The notes: generated from the sequence alone by a model not told the origin. A DNA stretch of 64,000 nt from Azolla caroliniana (GCA_043228905.1 JBHGNT010000011.1:7750001-7814000); one strand, 5' to 3'; shown: positions 30,026-44,290, counted from the first letter of the stretch. Program-made: numbers and translations.

Positions 30026-31272
30026 GACAAGGGAGCAAAGCTGGATCCGAAGTCCCGACCATGCATATTCCTTGGATACCGCGATGATGAGTTCAGTTGC
30101 TGGGTGTGGGATCTGGTCAACAAGAAGGTGTTCCGGAGTCGGGACATAGTCTTCATTGAAGACAAGACCATTGCTGATTGGGAGTTAGAAAAGAAGATGA
30201 TCAACTCCGGATCATCCAATGAAAACCGGCCTGAGGATACAAGGACCTACTTGGTTGAAAATCGGATGTTAGTCAGTAATCGGATGACACTCGACGAACC
30301 GGCTGGATACGGACAGGAAACCGAACCGACTGAAGAAGAAGAAGAAGAAGAGACCGGAACCGGACAAGATCCCGAATCGGATTCGGATTCGGAACAAACA
30401 GAGGAACCGGTAGTCAGAAACCAAGGACTTAGATATCCTCTCCGGGAGAGAAGAGCCCCCCGGAGATTTCTGGATGTAGAGCATGTGTTGCTAACCGATG
30501 AGGGGGAGCCGGAAAGCTTCAAAGAAGCAAAGAGAGACACCCACATCCGCAAGTGGTTGAGTGCCATGCAGGACGAGATGGATTCCCTACATGAGAACCA
30601 CACATATGAACTGACGGAGTTGCTGAAAGGGAAGAGAGCCACTCCGGAACAAGTGGGTGTACAAGCTGAAACCGGGAGATGCCGGAAACCCACCGAGATA
30701 CAAAGCCCGGATCGTGGTGAAGGGGCTCTAGCAGAAGAAAGGAGTGGATTTCGATGAGATCTTTGCCCCAATAGTAAAGATGACATCCATCCGGACGGTA
30801 TTGGGCATAGCGGCAAGCATGGACCTAAAGGTAGAGCAACTGGATGTCAAGACAACATTCCTACATGGCGACCTCGAAGAAGAGATCTACATGCATCAAC
30901 CAGAAGGGTTTGAGAAGAAAGGGAAGGAGCACCTGGTGTGCCGGTTGAAGAAGAGCTTATATGGATTGAAGCAAGCTCCCCAGCAATGGTACCGGAAGTT
31001 TGACTCCTTCATGACCGACCAAGGGTACCACAAAACACAAGCCGATCACTGCGTGTTTGTGAAGAAATTTGATGGAGGAGATTTCCTGATACTCCTCCTA
31101 TAGGTGGACGATATGTTGATCGTCGGACGAGACCAAGGCAAGATTTGGATGTTGAAGAAGGCTCTAAACATGATCTTCTCAACGAAAGACTTGGGTCCGG
31201 CAAGACAGATATTGGGAATGCACATCATCGGGAACCGGTCGAAGAAGCTGTTGTGGTTGTCACAGGAGCAGG
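30026..31272 (+). pseudogene. Copia integrase C-terminus/RT fragment (same family as 50778-56288)
   Basis: KLDPKSRPCIFLGY, DFDEIFAPIVK, SLYGLKQAP; collinear with about 53485-54710. Confidence 0.9.
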
Positions 31273-32755
31273 TGGGAATCCAAGGGCATACCAAAGACCT
31301 GTGTTGCTTGCAGTCGTGATGGTCCCAGGATTACTTGCTTTTGGTTATCGAAAGCTGGTTCGCCAGGACCCGGTGCTAGATACGAGCGTCGTGATAATGC
31401 ATACCTTTCCTTATTGCTTCCCCTAATGATATGTAATTTTGAAGTCGAAATGAGTGAGGAATTGGGCCCACCGAGCTTGATGTCGATTTAACACACGAGC
31501 ATTCTGAAAGTAGGCAAGGTTTTTGTGATCACTGAATATAGTGACTTGATGAGAAGATCCCTCTAGAAAATGCCTCCATTGCGTAAAAGAGTCCATTATT
31601 GCTAACAGCTCTGTATCATGAAATTCATAGTTGATTTGGGCGGCGCCAAACTTGCGTGAGTGGAAAGCCACAGGATGGAGCTTTTAATGATCGCCTTGTT
31701 GTGATAGAATGCTACCCAACGCGAAATATCCTGGTCGGATCCGTACGAGGTTATATGCTCCTCATAAGTCGATTTTTCTGAAGAACCTTGCACCATTGAT
31801 CCGTTCTAAAAGACTTGAGATAAGGGGAAGTGCGTACCTATTCCTAATGGTGACCTTATTCAAGCCACGATAATCTACGATGAGACGAAGTGATCCATCC
31901 TTTTCTTGACGAAGAAAATGGGTGTGCTGGTTGGAGATTTCGAATGTCGAATGAAACCATTTGCCAAATTCTCCTCTATATAGGCTAGAAGGACTTCTAG
32001 CTCGGTTGGTGACAAATTGTAAATCGGTCCCCATCAAGGCTCTTTTCCCAGTTGTAAATCGATGGGGCAATCATACGATCGATGTTAAGGAAGCGTATTG
32101 GCTTGTACTTTATCGAACACATTGGCATAATGACGAAGTTGAATTGTGGACTCCTCTTTAGTGGTGTTGGAGGGTTTTACTGATACTGCGAAGAGAAACA
32201 TTTCTTCCTTTTGTCCTTCCTCACGCAACTGATGTAGCGAAATGGTTGCAATCTTATAAGTAGATCCTTGGGTTTGTCGATACCAGATTTCCCTTGTTCT
32301 CCAATCTATGTCTGGGTTATGTAATTCGAACCATGGTAATCCCAAAACAATGGGATGTTCTGGGATACTAATTATATTAAAGGATATTACACACGCTAAA
32401 TTATCTAGGAAAATATTAACAGGCTCTAACTCTTCTATGATATTTCCGGAAGCAATGGGACAACCATCAATGACTACTACAAAGGCTGGACACAAGAGTT
32501 TTCTTAGGGATATTTGATGAGCTTGGGCAAAATTCATATCCATGAAGCAAAAATTAGCTCCGGAATCTAGGAGTGTTGAGACATGTACTAGAGAGGTAAT
32601 TTTAGCACTAACTGTTACTTGGGCTAAGAACACATTACTAACTTGATTAGAGGGAATGCAACCACTAGTGGGTTGTATAGATCTAGGGGTATCCAACCAA
32701 ACAGCTCCTATTTGAACTCTTCTTCTAACTGACTAAGGACATCAAATTTGTTTGA

Positions 32756-32786
32756 AACATGTTCGCGTTCACAAGTGGAAGGATCG
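32756..32786 (+). repeat. Left TIR AACATGTTCGCGTTCACAAGTGGAAGGATCG
   Basis: Reverse complement of 49703-49733 with one mismatch (CpG transition). Confidence 0.95.
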
Positions 32787-35388
32787 TGCATAAATGGAAG
32801 GATAAGGAATATTTTGATTGATTTTAGTACTTTTTCAATGATTTTACAAAACACATTGATACCAGTATCATACATGTTCAAATATATTATGAAAAAGGTT
32901 AAAAATCCACTATTTTCGTGATTTGGAAAAAAGAAGAAGAAGAGGAATTTCAAAAAGTTACATTCTCAATTTATATCACAAACTTTACAACCAATGTTAT
33001 TTTATAAGAAACGATTTTCATAGAAATCATAAGAATTCAAAACACATGCTTTTATATTACTCGATTTGTTACAAGCGGAATGTAGTTACACTTAATAGCC
33101 AAAAATACATTCATGATCACTCCTTTACGAAGAATCATTACTATAACTAATATACAATGATGATTCCTCCTCGTCATCCTCGGATTTACCAATCAATGCA
33201 TTATCTTCATCATAAACCAAATGGTTTGACTCTAGATTATATGTAGCAGATCTCATTTGCCTTTGACTCGAGCCACCTTGTAGACTTGGTAATTTTTCTT
33301 TTATTATATCTATTATTGACTTCCTTAATGATCCGGCTTTTGTAAGCGTGAAGTTGTACACGATGATATCCACATCAAAGATATCAAGGGTTGAGGTGTT
33401 ACGAATGTTTTGCTTCCACTTCTTACTTCCCTTTGTCATTGGGCATTCAGTCATCTCCAATGTATACTTACCCGTAAAAGCATTTGCACTTCTAGTGTTG
33501 TACCAATGAACTTTTATAGACTTGATCGTGTTTTCTATTTGATGCATTAGCACTTCTATAATTTAAAATTGGTGTCCATGTGAGTTCTCATCAGCAGGCG
33601 TTGTAATCAACATCCCCGCCGCGTGCTCTTGCAAATTTCCTTCCTATCTAGCTTCGGCTACTTTGGTCATCCTTGGTCCCACATAAATAAATGCCTCTTT
33701 GTTGTGGATGGACCAAACTGTCATTAATCGCATTTGCTGGTTGCTCCAAAGTTTTATTTACACGATCAGCGACCATGTGAATGGCGTTTCCAAATTCCAA
33801 TTATCACCAAAGACACAATTGTCTATAATTCCTTTCTGATCACTAAAAATACATCCCACCATGACGTGTCTTGTTGTGCGGCATATTTCTTTGCGGCCTC
33901 AATATGCTTTCTTTTTTCTTCTAAGGCTTGGAGCCATAATTGTTTTTGTTCCGATACCAAGTCACTATGCAACTGTCTTTTCTTCTAAATTGGCATTTGT
34001 TTAGCTCCATGGACAATTGTACTCGACATACAAAGTAATAACTGGCAACCACCTTCAGGTTCCCATGTTGTCGAAGATGAATATTGTTTAGCATACAAAA
34101 ACGTAGAACCATTTGTTTCACTTTTCTTTATCATAAAAATGTGATTGAAACTTATATTGTTTAACTGGGCGAGCACTTTAACATTCCCAACACCCCCATA
34201 TGATATATATCTCTTAAATTCATATACCTCCTTCAAGTGTAACACTTTTGGGCGTGGTGTATATGCATCACAAATGACATCAAATAGTTTTGGTAAAGTG
34301 AATGCATCATGCCGAGACAATTGTCTGGAGAATGTGCTAAACATTTGATCTATATGATCATGTGTGTGGACAACCAAAAGAAAATTGACTTTCACTTTTC
34401 TAAACAATCCTTGGTTGACCAACATACTTAGATAGCCAAACAAAGTTGAATTTTTGTTCTCTCTAGTAGTATTATCTAATTGAATGTATAAAACAAGGGG
34501 GAACGGTTGGCCCCAAGACATCAAAACTCAGTGAATCACTGTAATTGTTAGGTTAGGGTCATTATGAACATTGGGGTATGTAATGAAGACGTGAGGTCCA
34601 ACAGATCTATTATAAGCCAAGCATCCGACCAAGTGCATTTGAACAAGGCACTCATCATTGATGTCTTTGGGGAGCCTCCGCATATGCGGCAAGCACGTCG
34701 TCTTCTGGTCCATGCCATCTATCATTAAGCACATGTATTGTTCGGGCCTCTTCAAACACTTCTCTCTATGATGCATACGCCTTCTTTCGTTCTAACGATT
34801 GTGCCTCATGATGCTCCTGTAGTAACTTCTTAATCATATCCTTTTCCATTAACGTCTTTGCACTTTTAGCCAAACTTTTAAGATTTGCACAAATGGAGCA
34901 ATACCCCATGCATACTTTACGCTGTCGTGAAGATCCGTCACTACGCGCGGATCGTGAGGCGGAACCGCCGGGGTTCTGGACCGGAAGGATTCAAAGTCAT
35001 TACAAGCTTTGGCGCAAGCTTTAGCGAGAAAGTACTTAAGATAGATTGGGAAAGAGAGAAGTTGAGATTAAACGATTGAGAGAGATTGATTGAACTTTTA
35101 TCTTTGGATTTAAGAAACAAGTTACACGATCAATTTGATAACGAATTTCTTCCTCTTAATTTCATAACCCAAAAAAAGAACGTTTTTTCTCCTCCCCCTT
35201 CTTTTATAGATGCTCTCATGCATATGATGCATGTGAGGGTACAAGACATGCATAAAATGCATGTTTGCCATTTGGCGCTTATGTATTACATGTGGTGCAT
35301 GATAACCATGTCACTCATTTTAGCTCTCATGTATGAGAATTTACATCTAAAAGTACAATGATAGAAATATAAATTCAACTAAATGGCA

Positions 35389-35442
35389 TGGCTTAATGGT
35401 AATCCAATTGACTCCTAACTTGGAGGTGCAAGGTTCGAATCC
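35389..35442 (+). promoter_or_regulatory. tRNA-like Pol III A/B-box module in gypsy LTR U3 (copies near 42237-42290; B-box duplicated near 42431)
   Basis: A-box TGGCTTAATGG (35389-35399) and B-box GGTTCGAATCC (35432-35442) match the Pol III type-2 promoter consensus. Confidence 0.65.
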
Positions 35443-36072
35443 TTACTTGCCCTCCTTGTATATGTATATATATTTATATATTTATTTATCTAGTCACCGG
35501 ACGCCGGTTGGCCGGATGCCATCGTCTCACCGGCGCCGGATGCCGTCGGTTACCAGTGCCTCGCCGGATGCCGGTGTCTCACTGGCGCCGGATCATTGCC
35601 AACATCGCCGGTCCGGTTTTGGTTGGCCAAAACCCTTTACGAGTAGCTAGCCCACCTCCACTCTTAGTTCAAGTTACCTTGAACTCTCTATGATCCACAC
35701 ATAGACACAAAGATAATATCTTTTGCTCTACCTTATATATGATGAGAGTCGTATTTGTCGTGCTTATGTGGGATATCTCACAATTTTCTCTTTTCCTTTC
35801 ACAACCTTTATACCCTTATATCTTGACATTTAGTTGTCCGTTTCTCGTGTAATAAAGTGCATTCGAAACCTCCATCATTTTGTACTTAGATATTAAATTT
35901 ATTTAAAATGTTATCTTCACAATTATTGTATTATGTGATTCATACTCGATTTTGTACGTTTTATGGGATTTTCACACTATTGCCGAAAATCTTCACGACA
36001 TCCACCCCCACCAAACCGCACGTCCTCCGATACGTGCCAAGAAAAGAGAAAGTGAGATTTCGGCTACGGTGA

Positions 36073-39000
36073 TCAATTAGATTCCTCCATGTCTTCATTT
36101 ACATCCGCCCTATTATGTTCATCGTCGAGGTGATCGAGGTCAGGATCCTTGTCTTGTCTTTTCTTGAAAATTTTTACTCTTTTTCCCGCAATGGGTACGA
36201 CCAACCTTGATCTGTCTAGTTCCGCAAGGTGGTATGTGGCATTATTGTTGGCACTTGTCACCACATACGGCCCGAACCATCTTCTTGCGAACTTCCTTGT
36301 TGTATTGTGTTGATTGTCAAGGGTGTTGTCGTAAACCAAAACCCAATCCCCTTCTTCAATCTTCTTGGGACGAAGTCGATGCGTGTTGTCGAACCGAACT
36401 TTGTTCTTTACTCGAGCTGCCTCCATCATCTTTTGCGCTTTTTCTAAATCTTCAGGTCTTCTTTCAAGTTGCCTTATCCGCGCCGCTAATAACTCTTCTC
36501 GGCTCATCTCGTTCTCCCACGGTATTGCTACCCATGAGGCGATCGTCCTTTCGATGGGCATAATCGGCTTTTGTCCATACATAAGCTTCGTCGGCATATA
36601 CCCTGTCACTGAGCTATGTGTCGTTCTATCGGCCCACAAGGCATAGGGTAATAGTCGTGGCCAATTCCCGACTCGACTGTTGCATGCCCGTACGATGGCT
36701 TTAACGATAGGTCCATGCCCTCGCTCGATCTTCCCATTCGCTTCCGGATTGTAGGCAGTCGTGAGGGAGAGTTTCATGCCTAGTCTTTCGAAGAGCTCCG
36801 TCGCTTCGTGCGCGTCCAACTCCCCTCGGCTGGCCACTATCTTCCCTACACATCCATATCGGCAAACAACCTCTTCAAGCAGAAATTTGCAAACGGCTGA
36901 AGTCATCTTATTTGTCAAGGCTCGTCCTTCCACTTGATTTATCAAGTCTTCCCTTGCCAGCGCTAAGTACTTCATTTGTCCCACTCCCATTGGCATCGAG
37001 ACCAGATCCACCATCCATTTGAAGTGTATGGTGAGTGGGTATGTTGACTGTAACTCATCACGATGACGTATATTTGAATATATTTGGCAAGTTTCGCATG
37101 CGGACACGAAATGGAGTACATCTTTGTACATGCTTGGCCACCAGTACCTCTCCTTCAACTTTTCGAACGTCGCCCATGTTCCTCTATGACCTGCCCAAGC
37201 ACTCTCGTGGAATTTGGTCATCAAGGTCTCTTGCTCTTCTTTCTTTACCACCACTCGACGTGGTATTCCTGTCCTTCTTTTTGGATGTCGCCAAAGGAAT
37301 CCTCCCTTCAAGAAGTATCGGTAAGCTTTCTTTCGGATTCGTAGGGCCTCCTCCTTTGTCAACGAAGCATCTGTCGTCAATGTTCTTAGGAATCTACCGA
37401 TGAGTAACTACTCTCCTTCGTACTCGTTCTCGTTGAAGGTGTGGAGGGTTTGCGTGTCCTGGTCTTCCGCCGACAATCAAGCCATCTTGAAGAAGTCGAG
37501 GGCGACATCTTCATCTTCTGAAACCATGTTACTTCCGTTTGAAAATCTTGCCCTCGACAGCATGTCAGCCATGGCGTTCTTCTTCCCTGCAATGTGACGG
37601 ATCTTTGGGTTTAAAGACTTGATGTAGGTGATCCACCTTAGCATAACAAGATCTGGGGTCGCACATCCCGAGACCATTCCGAGAATTGGGAGACAATCTG
37701 TCTCTATTATCACTTCTGACCAGATCAGGTAATCTTTGTCCGTCTTCACTGCCGACACAATACCCCAAAGTTCCCGCTTGACTTGGGCATATCTTTGTTG
37801 CCGTTCACTGAGAACCTTTGCTCCGAACCGGATGGCATATCGCGCATTATCTTCACCTTCTTGATTGATGACCCACCCGATTCCGGTTGGGCTCGTATCT
37901 ATGGTCACGTAAATTGGTTTTCCTTCGGCATAGTTGGCCTTCCTTAGTGCCGGAGCTTCAAGATGCAGTTTCTTTAATCTTCGCATCGCATTTGTGTGCT
38001 CATCTCGCCATTCGAACTTTATTCTTTTCTTTAGTAGTCCATATAACGGTTCGGCGACATGAGCGTAGTGAGGAATCCATATATGATAAAACACGCACGC
38101 TCCAAGGAACCTTCGACCCTCCGTTTGGTTTTCGCATTCTTCTTTCATGTCTTGGATTGCGTTCACTTTGGATGGCGAGGGCTTCCGGCCGTATGCTCCA
38201 CACAAGTGACCTACCACCAAGATCTCCGGTTGCCCGAATGCGGATTTTTCTCCCAAAAATGTCAAATTCGCATCTTCGAGCCTTTGAAGCACCTTCTCGC
38301 AATCTTTCATATGATCCGCAACGAACTTTCTACAACCTTCCTTATCTTTCGATTCATCTTTCTCCTCATCCGAACATCATTTTATCGGAATATCATCCAA
38401 GAATGGCATCGTGATGTCCGGAATGCAATCCTTCAAGACTTTATTCATGGCATTCACCATATGAGCCACCGAGTTCGTTGCGCCTTGGGGTAAGGTACAC
38501 ATCCGCACAAGCCCGATTGGAGTCCTCATGGTTGTAATGTCCCGACTATCGATTGCCAATTGGAATTGGTCATATCCGGAGTAGAGATCGCCAATGGAGT
38601 AGATGGACTGGCCCACAAACGCTTCGGCAAATTCGTCCACGCTCGGACTGATTCCGGCATTTCGAATTGTCACCTTGTTGACGGGTTGAAGATCTTGGAT
38701 GAATCGCAATGATCCATTCTTCTTTGGCACCGTGAACCACCTATTGGAATAAGGAGCATTCGACGGTTCTAGAATTCCCATACTCACCTTCTCCTTTAAG
38801 AGCTCGATCAGCTTCGGAAGGTGTGCTCTCGGAACCGGTATCGGTTTCAAATTCCAAGGCACATGAGGCACCGTGAAGATCACCATCGGCTCTATAACCT
38901 TTGGGTCGGCGCATCCGATTTCTCGTGGGAAGAATGCGAAAGCCTTCCCATGTCTCTCAAGCATATCGCGAAACATTCGCTCCTCTTCAGGGAGAAGGAA

Positions 39001-41708
39001 ATCCTCCTTTCCAACTCGTAGCTTCCCCTTCGTCTCTTTGGTGAAGACATGACCTATCTTCTTCGGATCTCTTAAGCTTGGATCGTTAGCGACTTCCTTC
39101 ATCTTTTGCCAGCTATCTTCCGGTAGCGGAGCCACAACTGGCTTGATCTTCTTATCCACCGTTTTATATTTCGTGTTGATGTCAGCTTCCTTCATCGAGA
39201 TGCCACGACGGTATGCATCGATGATAGCGTACATGTTGACGGAGTTAACCGAAATCGCACGTTGGTTGTGAAGATAGCTCAAGTCTACGACGTCCTTGAT
39301 TTTGCCGATGGTGTCGTTAAATGAGGCTTCTTCCATAATATGAGTCACAAACTCTCCTTCTTCTATTATGTTTTCTTCTTTCAGCATCTTCTCGAATTCC
39401 TGTATCCGGCGCTTGTGCTTCTTGTCGGGTAGTACTAGTTTACATGCGCCACTAGGTGTGACACATGTTGCTTCTCCTCGCAATCCACACACTCTTCTTT
39501 CTTGTGGGGTCTTGTGATTGCTCGGACTATTTGTGCCCCATGCTTCAATAGTCCGCTCTAAAAATCCGAGGATTCGCCTCCGAGACTATCTTGATTCCTT
39601 TCATGATTGGCTCGCACCGTTAGGAATTGGACCGATCTTTGGTTGTCAAGACTCTTTATTCGTGCGAAGGCTGCTCCATTATCGAACAGTTTGGTCTCCA
39701 TCCGAGATGATGTGATATAAGGTTTCCCTAGGATGACAGGATGCGACGCCGATTCTTGTACGAAGAAGTGTTGTTCTATCTCCATATCCCCGATCGTGAC
39801 TTTGATATTGGGACAAGCTCCGTACAAGTCCTCCGTAGACTTTGTTGCCATGCGAATCTTCCATTCGTGGTTTGAATTGATTGGCCATCTTCCTTTTTTG
39901 TAGAAGTCGGTTGACATGAGGTTGATCTCCGAGCCGTGGTCGATCAAGGCTACCACGGTCTCTTTCTTCTCCCCGATCTTCACCGGCGTCTCCGTTGTTG
40001 CTCGTGCCCAATGAGGTCGAGTATAGTGGCTATCCACCATATCTTCATCGACTTCGTCTCTTGCCATCGCTATGGCATTCGTTTTTGCTTTTTACGGCTT
40101 CTCTTCTTCCTCGTCCGATTGTTGTCTCTTTCTCTTTACAAGGTCCACGATCGTGTCATGGAACTCCTTCTTCGTAATGCCAAGCAATTCCCTCAAGGAC
40201 AAAGTTACGTGGCTATCAAGAACTCGTTCTTCGAGAATCTTCTTTAGGTCCGTCGTCTGCTCTATGTCCGACCTTAGCTTATAGATAGGTATAGTCCTTG
40301 TCCTCCGAGCGGGGTCTTCGACACCAACCTTCATAGGCCGAACCGTTTCTTCAACTCGTATGCTCGGCTCCCCTTTTCGGCTTGATTCTCGTTCCTCCGT
40401 TTGTAAAGGTCGACTCGTCTCCCCATCGTCCTTCTTTTTCGCGTTCCTTGTTTCATGTCTTTTTGATGGGCCTTGCTCTTCTATTCTCTTTCTCTTTTCT
40501 TCGATGAACACCTCGTGGTTGTCGCACATCACCTCTGCGAGTATGGTGTTGTCGTCCACCGGATCCGACCACCCGGTTATGCTTTGTACGCTTCGGTCCG
40601 CAAGCTCTACCTCGTTCGATGTGACTTTTCCCTTCTTCTCATATTTGAGAACGGAAGTCCAAAACTTTGCTCCCGCTCTAGCAGCTTAAGTCTTGTCTTT
40701 CCCAACTCTTATTCCGGCCGACGCAGCATAGTGCATTGCATCCACATGAGTCGCATCGGCATCCTCCATAGATTTCTTCATTCCTCCTCTTCCGAAATTC
40801 ACCTGTAGGGGTCTTCTAGTCTCGCTTTAGCAGATCATGTTGTCCTCTATGTATATGATATTTTGTCGAATCGCCTCTCAAAGGCTCGCACAATCCCTTC
40901 TCATGTGGTCCATGCTATCGCACCACACGCATCTAAAGGGTTCTTTTCCTTTAGGTCCCCGACGATTCATGTTGGCTAGCGTGACCTTCTCGAACTTCTT
41001 CGCTAGCTATTCAATGATGTCGTCATCAATCTTCTTTTCGGCGGTAGTCGATCCCGTCAAGTCGGTGTCATCAACCCATTGGCGACGCTTGTCGAGCCTA
41101 TTGCATGCCCGCTTCACCGCGATCCAGTCCGCTACGAGTCGATTTGCTTGAGTATCATCTTCAAGAAGAGTCCCCAACTCCCGTCTATCCTTTATGTCCA
41201 CGGCCTTCAAGAAGTACAAAGTCTTGTCCTCTTCAAGCAACACTTGGTCCGTATTGGGGAGACGACTAAACATCTGGTCGAATTCGTTGTACACCCTCGA
41301 GACACTCATCTTCTTATTCTTCTTCTCTATCCACTTCATCAGGGCATGTCGAGTCATCCTCGTTGAGTCTTCAGTCACGAACTCCGCTAGTATCGTTTTC
41401 TCGAACTCGGACCATGTTGTCTTACCTTCTTGAAGCTCGATGACGCGTCTTTGGATGTTGTTGGCGACAACTCTCTTGAAGCTTGCGATTTGACGTGCCT
41501 CGGACACGTCCCTCTGATTCATCTCCCTTCTATATGGATCAAGGAACTTCGTAACGTTCCTTCCATCGAATTGGCCCTCGAGCTCTACGACATGATCGAC
41601 AACCTTCTCCATGCTCGCGTCGTTGTCCCGAGATCTCATCATTTGCTCGACGATTAGCATCATCCTTTCGAGCTCTCCCGCTTGGTTGCTTGAGGACGCC
41701 ATCTCCAA
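36073..41708 (-). pseudogene. gag-pol of the gypsy element, with stops/frameshifts
   Basis: FDGRNVTKFL gag, ALIDHGSE protease, PFLDDI RT, TIDTSPTGIG RNase H, 435-aa integrase ORF. Confidence 0.92.
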
Positions 41709-43884
41709 GTATTAATCTCGACTTGATCCTTCCTACCACCTCTTTCACGTCGGGTTCACCACTTAATTATGTCGTGAAGATCCGTCACTACGCGCGGATC
41801 GTGAGGCGGAACCGCCGGGGTTCTGGACCGGAAGGATTCAAAGTCGGTACAAGCTTTGGTGCAAGCTTTAGCGAGAAAGTACTTAAGATAGATTGGGAAA
41901 GAGAGAAGTTGAGATTAAACGATTGAGAGAGATTGATTGAACTTTTATCTTTGGATTTAAGAAACAAGTTACACGATCAATTTGATAACGAATTTCTTCC
42001 TCTTAATTTCATAACCCAAAAAAAGAACGTTTTTTCTCCTCCTTCCTTCTTTTATAGATGCTCTCATGCATATGATGCATGTGAGGGTACAAGACATGCA
42101 TAAAATGCATGTTTGCCATTTGGCGCTTATGTATTACATGTGGTGCATGATAACCATGTCACTCATTTTAGCTCTCATGTATGAGAATTTACATCTAAAA
42201 GTACAATGATAGAAATATAAATTCAACTAAATGGCATGGCTTAATGGTAAGCCAATTGACTCCTCACTCGGAGGTGCAAGGTTCAAATCCTTACTTGCCC
42301 TCCTTGTATATGTATATATGTATATATATTTATATATTTATTTATCTAGTCACTGGACGCCGGTTGGCCGGATGCCGTCGCCTTACCGGTGCCGCGCCGG
42401 ATGCCGTCGTCTCACCACTCGGAGGTGCAAGGTTCAAATCCTTACTTGCCCTCCTTGTATATGTATATATGTATATATATTTATATATTTATTTATCTAG
42501 TCACCGGACGCCGGTTGGCCGGATGTCGTCGCCTTACCGGTGCCGCGCCGGATGCTGTCGTCTCACCGGCGCCGGTTGCCGTCAGATGCCATCGGTTACC
42601 GGTGCCTCGCCGGATGCCGCAGGATACCGTCACCTCGCCGTCGCCGGATTGTCGTCGAATGTCGGTGTCTCATTGGCGCCGGATCACCGGCGACATCGCC
42701 GGTTCGGTTTTGGTTGGCCAAAACCCTTTACTAGTAGCTAGCCCACCTCCACTCTTAGTTCAAGTTACCTTGAACTCTCTATGATCCACACATAGACACA
42801 AAGATAATATCTTTTGCTCTACCTTATATATGATGAGAGCTGTATTTGTCGTGCCTATGTGGGATATCTCACAATTTTCTCTTTTCCTTTCACAACCTTT
42901 ATACCCTCATATCTTGACATTTAGTTGTCTGTTTCTCGTGTAATAAAGTGCATTCGAAACCTCCATCATTTTGTACTTAGATATTAAATTTATTTAAAAT
43001 GTTATCTTCACAATTATTGTATTATGTGATTCATACTCGATTTTGTACGTTTTATGGGATTTTCACACTATTGCCAAAAATCTTCATGACAACGCGGAAT
43101 GATAACATTTGAAAACCGACCTCTCCATAATCTTGTGAATAGGCTATATGTGACAGATTTATTACTTGAGCCCACTATATCAGATCGATACACATCATAA
43201 ACTTCCCAACGTGTGTAATTATCAAAGAGGTGCATCCTACCTATAGTAGGCATTACTTCACAATTTAACTGAAAGTAACTTTTCATCCAACCAATAACAT
43301 GTCTTTCAATTGCACCTTTCATACTTGGAACCTCTTTACAATTGAGTATCTGATCCCCGCTAAGTAGACATTGTTGTACTCTATGTAGCCGCATGTTACT
43401 AACACATAAGGCAATTTTGAAGGCAACTTTATAGATCTGTTGCACATGGAAGATATAATACTTGAATGATACTTTGATCCCTGTACATTTGTCAGACACT
43501 AGTTGCATATGTGACCCGAGGTAAGTGTCTTGCTCATCACTAGTCATGGAAAAATAGTATCGCCTTAATTCTCGCAACTTTGATTTTCCAATCATAGACA
43601 TACAGCCACAGGCACAACATGTTTTGTTGACATCAAATCCAATCTGCTTATCTGATGTCACCAAGTTAAATCTGGCTAGACAAATTCTACGTGGCATTCT
43701 TCTAATATGCATAGGGCTTCTAGATTTCTCTTCCTGCATAGAAGTTGGGGTAACCTTGATACAATCCAATTCTTTGTTGTCACCATTGCCCATGATCTTC
43801 GATGTTTCATTGGCACTACCTTCATTCTCTGTATCTTTATTAATATCATATGCTTCAATAGAGAATTCTTCACACGTCCACCGT

Positions 43885-44290
43885 TTTAAATATAAGCCTT
43901 TTCAATCATTGGTTCATTCATGGCCACATCTTTAATACAAAACATTAGAGAGTCATAAAAATGTTGCTTTGTGTATTCAATCATTGGTTCATTCATGCCC
44001 ACCATTTTAAATATAAACCTTTTCAATCATTGGTTTATTCATGGCCACATCTTTAATACAAAAATTAGAGTCATAAAAATGTTGCTTTAAGTATTCAATC
44101 ATTGGTTCATTCATGAACCTCAATCATTGTTTTATTTATGACCTTCAAAGGCAATCAAAAATATAAAATAATCATTAATATGTTAGTTTGAGTATTTAAT
44201 CATTGATTCATTCATCAACATCATTTAATTAAAACCCATTAGAGACTCATAAATATATTGGTTTCAATACCCAATCATTGGTACATTCAA
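43885..44290. repeat. Repeated TCAATCATTGGTTCATTCA motif in the intergenic region of the DNA transposon
   Basis: Six or more exact or variant copies, partly from a tandem duplication of about 120 bp. Confidence 0.75.

Larger units (their letters stand above)
34923..43091 (-). mobile_element. Full-length non-chromovirus gypsy (same lineage as 14289-21357): LTRs 34923-36000 and 41770-43091, 4-bp TSD ACGC
   Basis: ACGC at 34919-34922 and 43092-43095. PBS TGGTGAACCCGACGTGA (tRNA-Trp type) at about 41745-41761; PPT at 36001-36012. Confidence 0.95.
33125..43873 (-). pseudogene. DDD-type transposase (Sola1/DUF7869-like), split by the gypsy at 34923-43091
   Basis: IDGMDQ ... YIQLDNTTRENKN ... FLLVVHTHDHIDQMFS. 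Joining across the nested element gives FSNVIIPRKVCMGYCSICANLK. Cys-rich N-terminus (CCACGC). Confidence 0.8.

Noticed and set aside
35385-35450. Functional tRNA gene (also 5920, 6387, 22571, 42237)
   Set aside because: A/B boxes are present, but no convincing anticodon arm or full cloverleaf could be drawn by eye, and all copies lie inside LTRs.
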